Below, piece after piece: positions 51,232 to 61,074 of a stretch of 64,000 nucleotides of DNA. This DNA comes from an uncultured Bacilli bacterium (GTDB lineage: Bacteria > Bacillota_I > Bacilli_A > RF39 > UBA660): the NCBI GenBank assembly GCA_934096405.1, contig CAKOLW010000001.1, positions 7,046-71,045 on the forward strand, written 5' to 3'. Under the pieces are notes generated by a model. That model worked only from the letters and a program-made list of their open reading frames with translations, was not told the DNA's origin and ran no database searches. The translations under genes and the position numbers were made by a program. Each line of letters begins with the position of its first letter. Within the stretch, counting starts at the first letter, position 1.

Positions 51232-51726
51232 GTGATTGAAGGGAGGATAATTATGAGAATAACTGGTTATGATGACTATTATGATGATTATGGATCAAAT
51301 TTAATTAGTAGTAATCCATTTGAATCTATGAGTGCTGGTCCAAGTCAAACATTTGGAACAGTGGCACTTATTTTAGCAATAATCATTTCATTAGTAGCTT
51401 ATTTTGAATTTGTTAAATCAGGTAAAACTTATGCACAAAAATTTGTAAATTGGTTAAAAGAATTCTTAAACTTCAAAAGAATTTTTATTGAAAATTTACT
51501 TAAATTTGGATATTTATTTGTAGCAGTTTACATTACTATCTATTCATTTGGATTAATTAAATTAAGTTTCTGGGCATTCTTATTAATACTAATTGTAGGT
51601 AATATTATTGCAAGACTTATATTTGAATTTAGTTTAATGATGATTATGATATGGAAAAATACATCTGAAGTAAGTAGTGATTTAAACAAAATAGTTAATA
51701 AAGATAAAGAAGAAAAGACCAATTAA
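51232..51726 (+). CDS. hypothetical small membrane protein
   Basis: 164 aa with three or four TM helices. Last gene of the four-gene plus-strand unit. Confidence 0.4.
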   Translation: MIEGRIIMRITGYDDYYDDYGSNLISSNPFESMSAGPSQTFGTVALILAIIISLVAYFEFVKSGKTYAQKFVNWLKEFLNFKRIFIENLLKFGYLFVAVYITIYSFGLIKLSFWAFLLILIVGNIIARLIFEFSLMMIMIWKNTSEVSSDLNKIVNKDKEEKTN

Positions 51727-53012
51727 AGGTCTTTTTTGTTTAAGTGATTTTTACCATCTACTATTCTAGATACCATTACACTACTAGCAGTATCACCCAC
51801 TACATTTAAAACAGTTGCTGGTGCATCTATAATAGTTGCAATTAAAGTTAATATAGGAAGTGCATATAAAGGATAACCCATTAAAGTTAAAATAAGCATT
51901 TCAGATATTGTACCACCACCAATAGGTATACCAGTTACCAAAAGTGAAACTATTAAACTAACTATTAAAAGTTTACCAACACCAACATCTATATTAAATA
52001 AATAAGCTAAAAACATTATCTTAAATACACTACCCACTATAGATCCATCTTTATGAAAAGAACTTCCCAAAGGTATAGTAGTATTAGCAATATCTTCACT
52101 TACACCCAGACTTTCACTAGTTTTTATATTAGTAGGTATAGAAGCCGCAGAACTACATGTACTTAAAGCAGTTATTGTTACAGGTATAATATTTTTCCAA
52201 TACAATTTTAAACACTTTTTACCACCAGCAATATAAACATAAATTGAATAAACAATAAAATATATAAATAATGAAACGATTAAATAAATGATGAATGTTT
52301 TTAAATACCCCACTGCTATACTAGAACCAAATGTTCCAACAAAATTAGCAAAATAACAACCTAACCCTATCGGAGCATAGTACATAATAATATTTAATAT
52401 GCTTTTTAATATTTCATTAAAACTATCTAATACTTCTAATGCCTTAATCCCTTTTTCTTTAGATAAAATAATTCCTACACCAGTAATAACAGAAACTACT
52501 ATTAATGCAATAATATTATCTTTACTTAATAAATTAATAAAATCATCTGTTGTTAAAGTATTAACTGTTCTTTCTATTAAATTAACTTCATCTTTTTTAA
52601 CAAATTCACCACTAATATTATTTAATATACTATCAGTATCATTCAAGTTAACAAGTTGTATTCTACTAAATATAATTCCTACAACCACACTAATTAATGA
52701 AGTAAAAATAAATACTAATATAATACTACTTATAACTTTTCCCACTCTTTTAGGTGACTTTAATTTACCAATACTAGTTGAAATAGTCAAAAATATAAGT
52801 GGTACTATAATAACCATAAGCATATTTATAAATAAATCACCAAGTGGTTTTAAAAAACAAATATTTTCTTTAAAAACTAACCCTAAAATAGTACCAATTA
52901 AAATAAATAATAATAAAATAAATGAATTCTTATAATTTTTAAATATCTTTTTCATATTCCTCCTTAAGAAATAATATTTAAAATATAAGTAATTTATTAC
53001 TAAAAACAACAT
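51723..53012 (-). CDS. dicarboxylate/amino acid:cation symporter (DAACS family)
   Basis: LSTCSSAASIPTNI...IPLGSSFHKDGS corresponds to the SSSATLP...VGATINMDG signature hairpins. 429 aa. Confidence 0.85.
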   Translation of the reverse strand: MLFLVINYLYFKYYFLRRNMKKIFKNYKNSFILLLFILIGTILGLVFKENICFLKPLGDLFINMLMVIIVPLIFLTISTSIGKLKSPKRVGKVISSIILVFIFTSLISVVVGIIFSRIQLVNLNDTDSILNNISGEFVKKDEVNLIERTVNTLTTDDFINLLSKDNIIALIVVSVITGVGIILSKEKGIKALEVLDSFNEILKSILNIIMYYAPIGLGCYFANFVGTFGSSIAVGYLKTFIIYLIVSLFIYFIVYSIYVYIAGGKKCLKLYWKNIIPVTITALSTCSSAASIPTNIKTSESLGVSEDIANTTIPLGSSFHKDGSIVGSVFKIMFLAYLFNIDVGVGKLLIVSLIVSLLVTGIPIGGGTISEMLILTLMGYPLYALPILTLIATIIDAPATVLNVVGDTASSVMVSRIVDGKNHLNKKDL

Positions 53013-53073
53013 AATTATTAAAAATGTCTAACAATATCTTATATATTTATAGTATAATTAAATAGGTGAAAAT

Positions 53074-53703
53074 ATGAAAAACTTTATAAAAGACAATAAA
53101 GAATATGTTAAATCTATTAGTTTAGTTTTAATTATTCAAGCAATAGTATATTTTATTATTAATTTATCTTTAACTAAATATCATTTTTTAGATACTAATT
53201 TAAATGTACCATTTATTAAATATTTTATTTATATTTATCATAGTTGGTACCCTTTTGTATTCTTTTTATCATATTTGATATTTAAAGATAATAAAGATGT
53301 ATATAAAAAATTAATATATACTTTAGCATTTGGATTTATATTATCTAACTTAACTTTTATTATTTATCCAAGCACTATTGTAAGACCAACATTTGAAGTA
53401 AAATCTATAACCGACTGGGTAGTAAACCTAACTTACAAGTTAGATAATCCTACTAATTGTTTACCATCAGAACACTGTTTAGTATGTTTTATATTAATAT
53501 ATTATTTAAATAAAACTAATATTAAACCATTAACTAAAATATTATCTACTTCATATTTAATATTAATTATATTATCTACTTTATTCACTAAACAACATTT
53601 ACCAATAGATGTAATATTTGCATTTATTTACTCAACTTTAATAATTTTATTAGTTAAACAATTCTATCCTAAATTAAAAGAAGCATTAAAATTTTTATTC
53701 TAA
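53074..53703 (+). CDS. PAP2-superfamily-like membrane phosphatase (putative)
   Basis: Six-TM protein with RP, PSEH and HLPID, matching the PAP2 motifs (PSGH, HxxxD). Confidence 0.5.
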   Translation: MKNFIKDNKEYVKSISLVLIIQAIVYFIINLSLTKYHFLDTNLNVPFIKYFIYIYHSWYPFVFFLSYLIFKDNKDVYKKLIYTLAFGFILSNLTFIIYPSTIVRPTFEVKSITDWVVNLTYKLDNPTNCLPSEHCLVCFILIYYLNKTNIKPLTKILSTSYLILIILSTLFTKQHLPIDVIFAFIYSTLIILLVKQFYPKLKEALKFLF

Positions 53704-54563
53704 TGTTTCTTTCTTTTACCAATACTTTCTCCAACACTTACTTTAGTTTCAAAGCCATCACTACTATTTTTAATTATATCACTATCTAAATCAACAATAT
53801 CTTTTTTAATCATAAGAACAATAGTAGATCCACCAAATTCAAACATACCCTTTTCTTCACCCTTTTTAAATGTATATTCTTCATGTTTATTATTTATTTT
53901 ACCAACCATTATAGCTCCGACTTCAATTTGTATAACATCATCAAAATTATCAGTATGCATAATAGTATACTCTCTAGAATTTTGCTTATAAATATTAAAA
54001 TGTTTTAAAACAATAGGCCTAACTGTATTTAGTATGCCAGGTACAAACACATTTTTTTCTTTACTACCATTATCTATATAAATATATCTATGATAGTCAG
54101 TTGCTTCTAATCTAAATATTAACAACTTACCACCAATAAATTCTTTATAAATAAGGTCATTATTAACTAAATCTTTTATTCTGTAATAACTATTTTTTAT
54201 TCTATATAGTCCCTCTTCATTAATATCATATACACTTAATTTAGAACTACATGGACTAATAAAATCATCTTTATTTTTAGAATAATCTATATTTTTAATT
54301 TCTCTAGTAAAGAAATCATTAAATGATTTATAATCTTTTTCTTTATACAAACTCATATCTATATTATTCTTTTTAATAAAAGATTTAATCTTAAACTTAG
54401 ATAACTTACTATCTAAAAATAATCCCATTAACTTAGAAAATAAAGGTATACTAAATATCCTAACAATTAATCTACCAATTATAGTACCATAAAAGAACCT
54501 AACGACATTAGATTCTTTAATATCCCACTCATTACCTAATCTATCTTTTACTCCATACCTCAT
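53700..54563 (-). CDS. psd: phosphatidylserine decarboxylase proenzyme
   Basis: FFTREIK and the C-terminal FEFGGSTIVLM self-cleavage (GST) site. 287 aa. Confidence 0.9.
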   Translation of the reverse strand: MRYGVKDRLGNEWDIKESNVVRFFYGTIIGRLIVRIFSIPLFSKLMGLFLDSKLSKFKIKSFIKKNNIDMSLYKEKDYKSFNDFFTREIKNIDYSKNKDDFISPCSSKLSVYDINEEGLYRIKNSYYRIKDLVNNDLIYKEFIGGKLLIFRLEATDYHRYIYIDNGSKEKNVFVPGILNTVRPIVLKHFNIYKQNSREYTIMHTDNFDDVIQIEVGAIMVGKINNKHEEYTFKKGEEKGMFEFGGSTIVLMIKKDIVDLDSDIIKNSSDGFETKVSVGESIGKRKKH

Positions 54564-54569
54564 AAATAC

Positions 54570-55493
54570 CTATTCCATTTCATTAAACAATTTAACTATA
54601 TTCTTTTTAGGAAGTAACATCCTAATTTCTTTATTTATTTTAAACTTAAATTCTTTTGTATGATGTGTATATTCTTCTCCATCAATTACCCAACTTGGTG
54701 GTATTTTATCAAATTTAACTTTAAAGTTATTAGTTTTGTAATATTCTACTCCTGTCATATTTTTAACTTTACTAGTAAATATAGTACTTACTATTTTAAT
54801 TAATTCTGCCTTGGTCTTAGCTGATATTAAAATAATTTCAAACATATCATCATCTAATTTTATATCAGAATATATATTATCAAAACCACCCATACGACAT
54901 GTGTTTGTCACAAATACAAATGAATAAGTACCACTCTTTTTAATCCCATCTATTTCATATTCTAAATCAAATAGTTTAACTTCTCCTTTAAGTTCATTAA
55001 TTGCATTAAAGAAATAACCAAGTCTTCCATATTTTTTCTTTAATTCTCTAGGTGTGTTATAAGAAACATCTACATAACTGCCTATACAAGCTACATAAAC
55101 AAAAGGCTTATCATTAATTAAACATACATCTATATTCTTTATAGTACCATTAACTAACATCTGAGCATTAACCATCATGTTTTTAGTAAATCCATACATA
55201 GTTCCTACATCATTAACAGTTCCTACAGGTAAATGAGCCATTAATATTTTGTTATCTCTCATCAAATTACCAGTAACACCTTCATTTAAAGTCCCATCTC
55301 CACCACAACAAATAACTAAATCAATATCATCACTTAAGTTTTTAACTATTTTTATCGCATCTTTTGGTCCGTTAGTAGGACACATAATAGTTTCAAAATC
55401 ATTAGCCGTTAAAATAGATGGTAAACTAATAATATCTTTCTTATCTTTAGGTCTTCCGCTTTCTGGATTAAAAACAATTGCACATTTTCTCAT
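54570..55493 (-). CDS. diacylglycerol-kinase catalytic-domain lipid kinase (DgkB/YegS family)
   Basis: CAIVFNPESG and the CCGGDGTLNE motif. 307 aa. Confidence 0.85.
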   Translation of the reverse strand: MRKCAIVFNPESGRPKDKKDIISLPSILTANDFETIMCPTNGPKDAIKIVKNLSDDIDLVICCGGDGTLNEGVTGNLMRDNKILMAHLPVGTVNDVGTMYGFTKNMMVNAQMLVNGTIKNIDVCLINDKPFVYVACIGSYVDVSYNTPRELKKKYGRLGYFFNAINELKGEVKLFDLEYEIDGIKKSGTYSFVFVTNTCRMGGFDNIYSDIKLDDDMFEIILISAKTKAELIKIVSTIFTSKVKNMTGVEYYKTNNFKVKFDKIPPSWVIDGEEYTHHTKEFKFKINKEIRMLLPKKNIVKLFNEME

Positions 55494-55562
55494 AACAATC
55501 TCCCTTAGTACTAATATTATACTATTTTATATATAAATTATCAAACATATTTCATCTTATCA

Positions 55563-55961
55563 TTATCTATTATAATTACATTTTTTTAAATATTTTGATA
55601 ATTCTACATCAGCTTCTGTTAGGTCATAATTTAATAAATTATCAACAATAACCCATTTATATCCGGAATGATCATTTAATTTAAATTTTCCACTAACATA
55701 TTCAGTTTCATATAATTTAAGAATAATTTTTTTATTAGGATATGTGTAAATTGCAGTCGTTACATATTTCTTAGCTTTTATAATAACATCGAATTCTTCC
55801 TTAATTTCTCTTTCAATTGCATGTTCTTCCGTTTCATTTTCTTTTACTTTACCCCCAGGAAATTCCCACTTTCCAATATTACAGGGATCCCCAGTAGATC
55901 TTTTTGCAATTAAAACTTTATTATCTTTTTTTATTAATGCTGCCACTACATTTATTATCAT
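55563..55961 (-). CDS. NUDIX hydrolase (MutT-like)
   Basis: Nudix box GKWEFPGGKVKENETEEHAIEREIKEEF. Confidence 0.85.
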   Translation of the reverse strand: MIINVVAALIKKDNKVLIAKRSTGDPCNIGKWEFPGGKVKENETEEHAIEREIKEEFDVIIKAKKYVTTAIYTYPNKKIILKLYETEYVSGKFKLNDHSGYKWVIVDNLLNYDLTEADVELSKYLKKCNYNR

Positions 55962-56044
55962 TATACACTCTCCAAATAAATTTTACCAAATATAATAAAG
56001 AAATACCATACAATAATTAAAAAAAGATACTATATAATAATATC

Positions 56045-56611
56045 CTATTTAATATTTGAATAAGTAAGTTTTAATGTATCTAATTTATTATTAAAACTAG
56101 TAATAAAATCATAATTTTCTTCTACAAGTCTAGCTTTTAATAAAACATCAGCATATTCTTTAATTACTAACTTAGCCATATCCGAATCTAATTCTACTAA
56201 TTTAAAATATGTTGTTCTAAAATCCTCATATAACCCCAACCATTCAAAATAATTTATACTTCTACAACTATCAAAAAACTTTCTTAATACTCTTATTCTT
56301 GACACAATCATATAAATATATAAATCTTCTTTATTACCATTTTTATAAAAGGACTTAAATAACTCATTTTGAAAATTATTTAATATTAATTTTTCATCCC
56401 TATTAGTAGTTAAAACAAAAGCATTATATAAACATAATCCAAATCTAGATAAAATTTCTCTATTTAGATTTTTTTCTTTATTAAATTTTTGATAAGTATC
56501 ATAATACCCTTTCCAAGTAGCAAAATTAATACTTCTAGAAACTAGTTTACACTCTACCACATTAACATATTCTTTAAATAATTTTTCATCTTCGTAATCT
56601 TTAGTTTTCAT
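56045..56611 (-). CDS. hypothetical protein
   Basis: ORF of 188 aa with no motif. Confidence 0.4.
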   Translation of the reverse strand: MKTKDYEDEKLFKEYVNVVECKLVSRSINFATWKGYYDTYQKFNKEKNLNREILSRFGLCLYNAFVLTTNRDEKLILNNFQNELFKSFYKNGNKEDLYIYMIVSRIRVLRKFFDSCRSINYFEWLGLYEDFRTTYFKLVELDSDMAKLVIKEYADVLLKARLVEENYDFITSFNNKLDTLKLTYSNIK

Positions 56612-56678
56612 AAATCCCCCTTAAATACGCATTATAATACCATATTAAGTACAAAAAGTCAAATAAAACATTAGGTAA

Positions 56679-57764
56679 TTAATTACTACCTAATGTTACA
56701 CTTATAGTTTTATCTTTTCCATTTCTGTTTACAATTACATCAACTTTAGAATCAATATCATAATTATATAATCTGTATCTAAATTCAGCAATATTACTTA
56801 CTTCATAGTCACCAATTTTAGTTATAACATCGCCCTTTTCAAAACCGGCTTTATCAGCTGGACTATCTTTTTCAACTTCAACAACAACCACACCTTTAGT
56901 AATATTTCTATCAATATTTATACCAGTATATCTAAGTTGATAAATATTACTTACATTAATCATACTAACTCCAACATAAGGCCTCTTAACACTACCAGTA
57001 CTACGAATACTTTCAGCATACTTTAAAGCATCTTCAATTGGAATAGAAAATCCTAAACCCTCTACTGTATCTTTAACTATTTTTAAATTATTAATTCCAA
57101 TAACTTCTCCATTAATATTACATAAAGGACCTCCACTATTACCAGGATTAATTGCCGCATCAGTTTGCATAACATTTAAAATATAATCCGCATCATTATT
57201 ACTAACATTTACACTAATTAACCTATCTTTACCACTTAAAATACCCTTAGTAGCCGTATTTTTAAACTCTTTCCCCATTGGACTTCCTACTGCAAAAACT
57301 GTATCTCCAACCTTTAAATCAGTACTTTTACCCAAACTAGCCACTTTTAAAATACTCTTTTTAGGAACCTTTAAAACAGCAATATCTGCATAACTATCAC
57401 TACCAACTATAGTAGCTTCACTTGTTGTATCATCACTATAAGTAATTAAAATATCTCCACCACTCTCTATGACATGATGATTAGTCATAATATAACCATA
57501 ATCATCATCAGTATCATAAACAAATCCTGAACCAGTTCCTGTTAATTCATTATTTTCATAAGTTTCAATAACAACAACTGAGTCGTTTACTTTTTCTACA
57601 CTTTCACTGATGCCAGTATCAGTAATATTAACATTTTTTTCAGTAATAGTCTTAACTACTTCCTTAGGAAAATAATATACAGCACCAACTACTAAACCAG
57701 CGCCCACTATAAAACACAAAACTCCTGTTAAAATATAACCTATTTTTTTCTTCATAAACATCAC
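56679..57764 (-). CDS. htrA: HtrA/DegP-family serine protease with PDZ domain
   Basis: N-terminal TM. Catalytic His (TNHHV). GNSGGPLCNINGEVIGIN active-site Ser region. C-terminal PDZ. Confidence 0.9.
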   Translation of the reverse strand: MMFMKKKIGYILTGVLCFIVGAGLVVGAVYYFPKEVVKTITEKNVNITDTGISESVEKVNDSVVVIETYENNELTGTGSGFVYDTDDDYGYIMTNHHVIESGGDILITYSDDTTSEATIVGSDSYADIAVLKVPKKSILKVASLGKSTDLKVGDTVFAVGSPMGKEFKNTATKGILSGKDRLISVNVSNNDADYILNVMQTDAAINPGNSGGPLCNINGEVIGINNLKIVKDTVEGLGFSIPIEDALKYAESIRSTGSVKRPYVGVSMINVSNIYQLRYTGINIDRNITKGVVVVEVEKDSPADKAGFEKGDVITKIGDYEVSNIAEFRYRLYNYDIDSKVDVIVNRNGKDKTISVTLGSN

Positions 57765-57766
57765 TC

Positions 57767-58699
57767 CTATTCCATATACATTATGTCTTTATAGTTTGGT
57801 GGAAAACCCATAGAATTAATAACATCATCTATCTTAATAACTTGCAACTTTCCACATAATCTATCAAATTCATAATTAATTTCATTCATCATCATTTTAA
57901 AATCAACTTTAGTTAATAATCTTTTTAATATAATAATCAAAGCAAATATATCATTCTTTCCATAAATATACTCGTTATTAGACTTATCAATCTGTAACAT
58001 ACTATGATACTTCGTATCAGGAATAATTCTTTGTGTAAAATGATTAAAAACAATATCTTCATGTGCGCATAAATTTCTATAATTAGCAAGTATTGGTAAA
58101 TACATTTCCATTTCATCAGGCTCAATTTTATAAACACTCGCAATAGAAACTTTATCACTTGGCTTTAAAATACTAAACATTTCACTCATCAAACCAAAAC
58201 TTATTACTTTAACACCTATCCAAAGAGGTATATATCCATAATTATCTATATAGTGACTAGTCGCACCATGCTGCCTTCCATTGACATTAAATTGTCTCTT
58301 AACTTTTCTAATAAGATCATTTATCTGCCTACTTCTACTTTTATCATTATCAAAGTTTTTAGCATTTAAATAATCTCTTTCTTTATAACCATAATTTTTA
58401 CTTAGTGTATAACTAAATATTGATTTATAGTTATTTTCTACTATAAGAATATTTTTAAATATAATATTTCTAAACATTCTATCAAACACAAATAAACTAT
58501 ATAATTCATCAAAAGTAGTACCATCTATAAACTTTCTAGAACTATCGTGCTTTAAAAATAAATGTCTATACCCCATAATAAAGAAATAATTTTCTCTCAG
58601 CAATACTTCTTTAGTATACTCAATATCATTTATTATTAAACCTTTATCTTTTAATATTTCAATTTGTTCATCTAAATTTTTAAACACCTTATTATTCAT
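57767..58699 (-). CDS. Abi_2 family abortive-infection protein (AbiD/AbiF-like)
   Basis: N-terminal FKNLDEQIEILKDKGLIINDIEYTKEVLLRENYFFIMGYRHLF follows the Abi_2 pattern (...L...GL...D...A...L...YY.L.GY). 310 aa. Start lies 3 nt from the htrA start. Confidence 0.7.
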   Translation of the reverse strand: MNNKVFKNLDEQIEILKDKGLIINDIEYTKEVLLRENYFFIMGYRHLFLKHDSSRKFIDGTTFDELYSLFVFDRMFRNIIFKNILIVENNYKSIFSYTLSKNYGYKERDYLNAKNFDNDKSRSRQINDLIRKVKRQFNVNGRQHGATSHYIDNYGYIPLWIGVKVISFGLMSEMFSILKPSDKVSIASVYKIEPDEMEMYLPILANYRNLCAHEDIVFNHFTQRIIPDTKYHSMLQIDKSNNEYIYGKNDIFALIIILKRLLTKVDFKMMMNEINYEFDRLCGKLQVIKIDDVINSMGFPPNYKDIMYME

Positions 58700-58778
58700 T
58701 AATCCTCGTCACCTACATTAAATTTTACCACAATCTATTAATATTAACTACAATTTTCACATATATTTTAACTTTAAT

Positions 58779-58810
58779 ATAAAAAAAACTCCAAGAAATT
58801 TCTTGAAGTT
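58779..58810 (-). terminator. rho-independent terminator downstream of rpsI
   Basis: On the minus strand: CTTCAAGAAATTTCTTGGAG hairpin followed by TTTTTTTT. Confidence 0.65.
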
Positions 58811-58818
58811 TTAAAATA

Positions 58819-59220
58819 CTATCTCTTACTAAATTGTGGTGCACGTCTTGCTTTCTTAAGACCATATTTCTTACGTTCTTTAATTCTAGCATCTCTAGTT
58901 ACCATACCAGCACCTTTTAATGTTGGTCTATAACCTTCTCTATCTGCTTCCATTAAAGCTCTAGCAATACCTAATCTAATAGCGCCAGTTTGACCAGTAA
59001 AACCTCCACCTCTAACTACTACATCAACATCATATGAATCAGCTGTACCAGTTAATTCTAAAGGTTGTTTTAAATCCATAACTAACATTTTATTAGGTAA
59101 ATAATCATTAACATCAACACCATTAACAGTAATCTTACCATTACCAGCTTTTAATGTAACCTGTGCTACTGCTCTTTTTCTTCTACCAGTAGCTGTATAA
59201 ACTGTTTCTTTCTTTGCCAT
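58819..59220 (-). CDS. rpsI: 30S ribosomal protein S9
   Basis: Full-length match to S9 ending RRAPQFSKR. Confidence 0.95.
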   Translation of the reverse strand: MAKKETVYTATGRRKRAVAQVTLKAGNGKITVNGVDVNDYLPNKMLVMDLKQPLELTGTADSYDVDVVVRGGGFTGQTGAIRLGIARALMEADREGYRPTLKGAGMVTRDARIKERKKYGLKKARRAPQFSKR

Positions 59221-59230
59221 AGTCTTCCTC

Positions 59231-59659
59231 CTATAATTCTATCTTTTCTGGTTTTTGAGCAACTTGTTTATATTCAGAACCTTCATAAACATATAAATTT
59301 CTAAACATATCTCTACCTAAAGTATTCTTAGGAAGCATTCCCTTAACAGCTCTTTCAACCATTTCTACTGGATAATCTTTCTTCATTGTTCTAGCAGTTC
59401 TTTCTCTTAAACCACCTGGAAAACCACTATGGTTGTAATAAACTTTTTTATCAAGTTTATCACCAGTAAGATTAACTTTACCAGCATTAATAATAACAAC
59501 TGCATCTCCACAGTTAATATGAGGTGTATAAGTAACCTTATGTTTACCTCTTAAAATATGTGCTGCTTTAGTAGCAACTCTACCAAGATTTTCTCCTTCA
59601 GCATCTATAAGATACCATTTAGTAGAAACATCTTCTTTTCTTAACATAAATGTCTTCAT
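59231..59659 (-). CDS. rplM: 50S ribosomal protein L13
   Basis: [41 protein letters not shown] is a canonical L13 N-terminus. Confidence 0.95.
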   Translation of the reverse strand: MKTFMLRKEDVSTKWYLIDAEGENLGRVATKAAHILRGKHKVTYTPHINCGDAVVIINAGKVNLTGDKLDKKVYYNHSGFPGGLRERTARTMKKDYPVEMVERAVKGMLPKNTLGRDMFRNLYVYEGSEYKQVAQKPEKIEL

Positions 59660-59820
59660 AATATCTCCTTCTTTATCCTTATATTATATGACTTCCCACA
59701 TCAATAACACAAGAACTTAAAAAATGTACCGAGTATCATTATACATAAACTAATGCAAAAAGTCAAATAAAATAGTACAAAAAAATCATAATTTACTAAT
59801 AAATGTGTAAAATTTTAATA

Positions 59821-59849
59821 TTGACAAACTAAAAGTATCATTATAAAAT
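59821..59849 (+). promoter_or_regulatory. sigma-A-like promoter for the repeat surface protein gene
   Basis: TTGACA, a 17-nt spacer, then TAAAAT, about 40 nt upstream of the ATG with a GGAGG RBS. Confidence 0.45.
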
Positions 59850-59889
59850 TAAAACTAGATAAAAGAATAAAAAATTGGAGGAATAATAA

Positions 59890-61014
59890 ATGAAAAAAAA
59901 ATCAAATGGAGTATTAATAGTTATCATTGTTATGATCATATTATCATTATCAGGTGGTATAATTGGCTTATTAGCTAGTATAAGGGAAGATACCATAACA
60001 CCTAGTGATAAAAATAATGAAAACAAAGATTATGAGATTACTTACAGATATTATATAGATAGTGAAGAAGTTTCTAAAAGTAAAATAGATGATAGTAAAG
60101 AAAAAACAGTTGAATGCGATTTAGTAACAAATCCAACATGTACTTCTACAAAACAAGAAGCAACTATTAAGTTTGAAAAATATACATGTACTAACAATGT
60201 TAAAGGTGAATGGAACGAAACAAATTGGGAATTTACTCCAGATTTAACTGCTAACACTACATGTAGAATATATTTCACAAATTTAATTCATGATATCAAA
60301 ATTGCTGTTACAAATGCAACTTTACCAGTGGATAATCCAGAAGGCATAATAAAAAATAAATTAGGCCAAGATAGTACAATTGTAATAACTCCAACTACAG
60401 GTTATAAATTTGATAAAGCAGATTGTGATAATAATGCTACTGCTGAATTCAATCAAGAAACTAATTTATTGACAATTAAAAATGTAACAAAAAATACATC
60501 TTGTACAATTTCATTTAAAATTAGTGACTACACAGTTGAAATTAAAACATCAAATGGCACATCGTCAAGTGAACCTAAAAGTGCCAACTATGGTGGAACA
60601 GTTACTTTCGATGTAACACCCGCTGAAAATTATGGTGAAGCAACAGTAACATGCACTAATGAGCAAAAAGGAACTTTTGCAAATAATATATTAACAGTAT
60701 CTGGCATAACAAATAATACAGTATGTACTGTTCAATTCAAAAAAATACAATATAGTGTTAACCTTACAGTAGTAAATGGAAGTTTATTAAGTCAATCAGT
60801 AAATCCACAACATCCCGATGCTAATGGATTAGTAACATTTGCAATAAGTCCTAATGAAGGTTTTGGGTATACAGGTGCTGAAGCAACATGTGATAATGAA
60901 AATTATATACCAACAATATTCGCAACAAGTAATGTTGTAAGAATAACAGGTGTAAATGCTAATTTGAATTGTAAATTAGTATTAAAGAAAATAGAAACTG
61001 AAACGAACAACTAA
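59890..61014 (+). CDS. membrane-anchored surface protein with four tandem Cys-containing repeat modules
   Basis: N-terminal TM. Repeats each end in N-(T/L)-x-C-x-(I/V)-x-F-(K/T): NTTCRIYFT, NTSCTISFK, NTVCTVQFKK, NLNCKLVLKK. Terminator hairpin AACGAAC/GTTCGTT sits at the stop codon. Confidence 0.5.
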   Translation: MKKKSNGVLIVIIVMIILSLSGGIIGLLASIREDTITPSDKNNENKDYEITYRYYIDSEEVSKSKIDDSKEKTVECDLVTNPTCTSTKQEATIKFEKYTCTNNVKGEWNETNWEFTPDLTANTTCRIYFTNLIHDIKIAVTNATLPVDNPEGIIKNKLGQDSTIVITPTTGYKFDKADCDNNATAEFNQETNLLTIKNVTKNTSCTISFKISDYTVEIKTSNGTSSSEPKSANYGGTVTFDVTPAENYGEATVTCTNEQKGTFANNILTVSGITNNTVCTVQFKKIQYSVNLTVVNGSLLSQSVNPQHPDANGLVTFAISPNEGFGYTGAEATCDNENYIPTIFATSNVVRITGVNANLNCKLVLKKIETETNN

Positions 61015-61074
61015 GTTCGTTTTTTCTTGTTTAAAATAGAACTTTATTATATAATTAACACACGGTGATTTAAA

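Noticed and set aside
52399-52935. 178-aa plus-strand ORF
   Set aside because: Antisense to the DAACS symporter gene. Ile/Leu/Asn-rich with no motif. Spurious.
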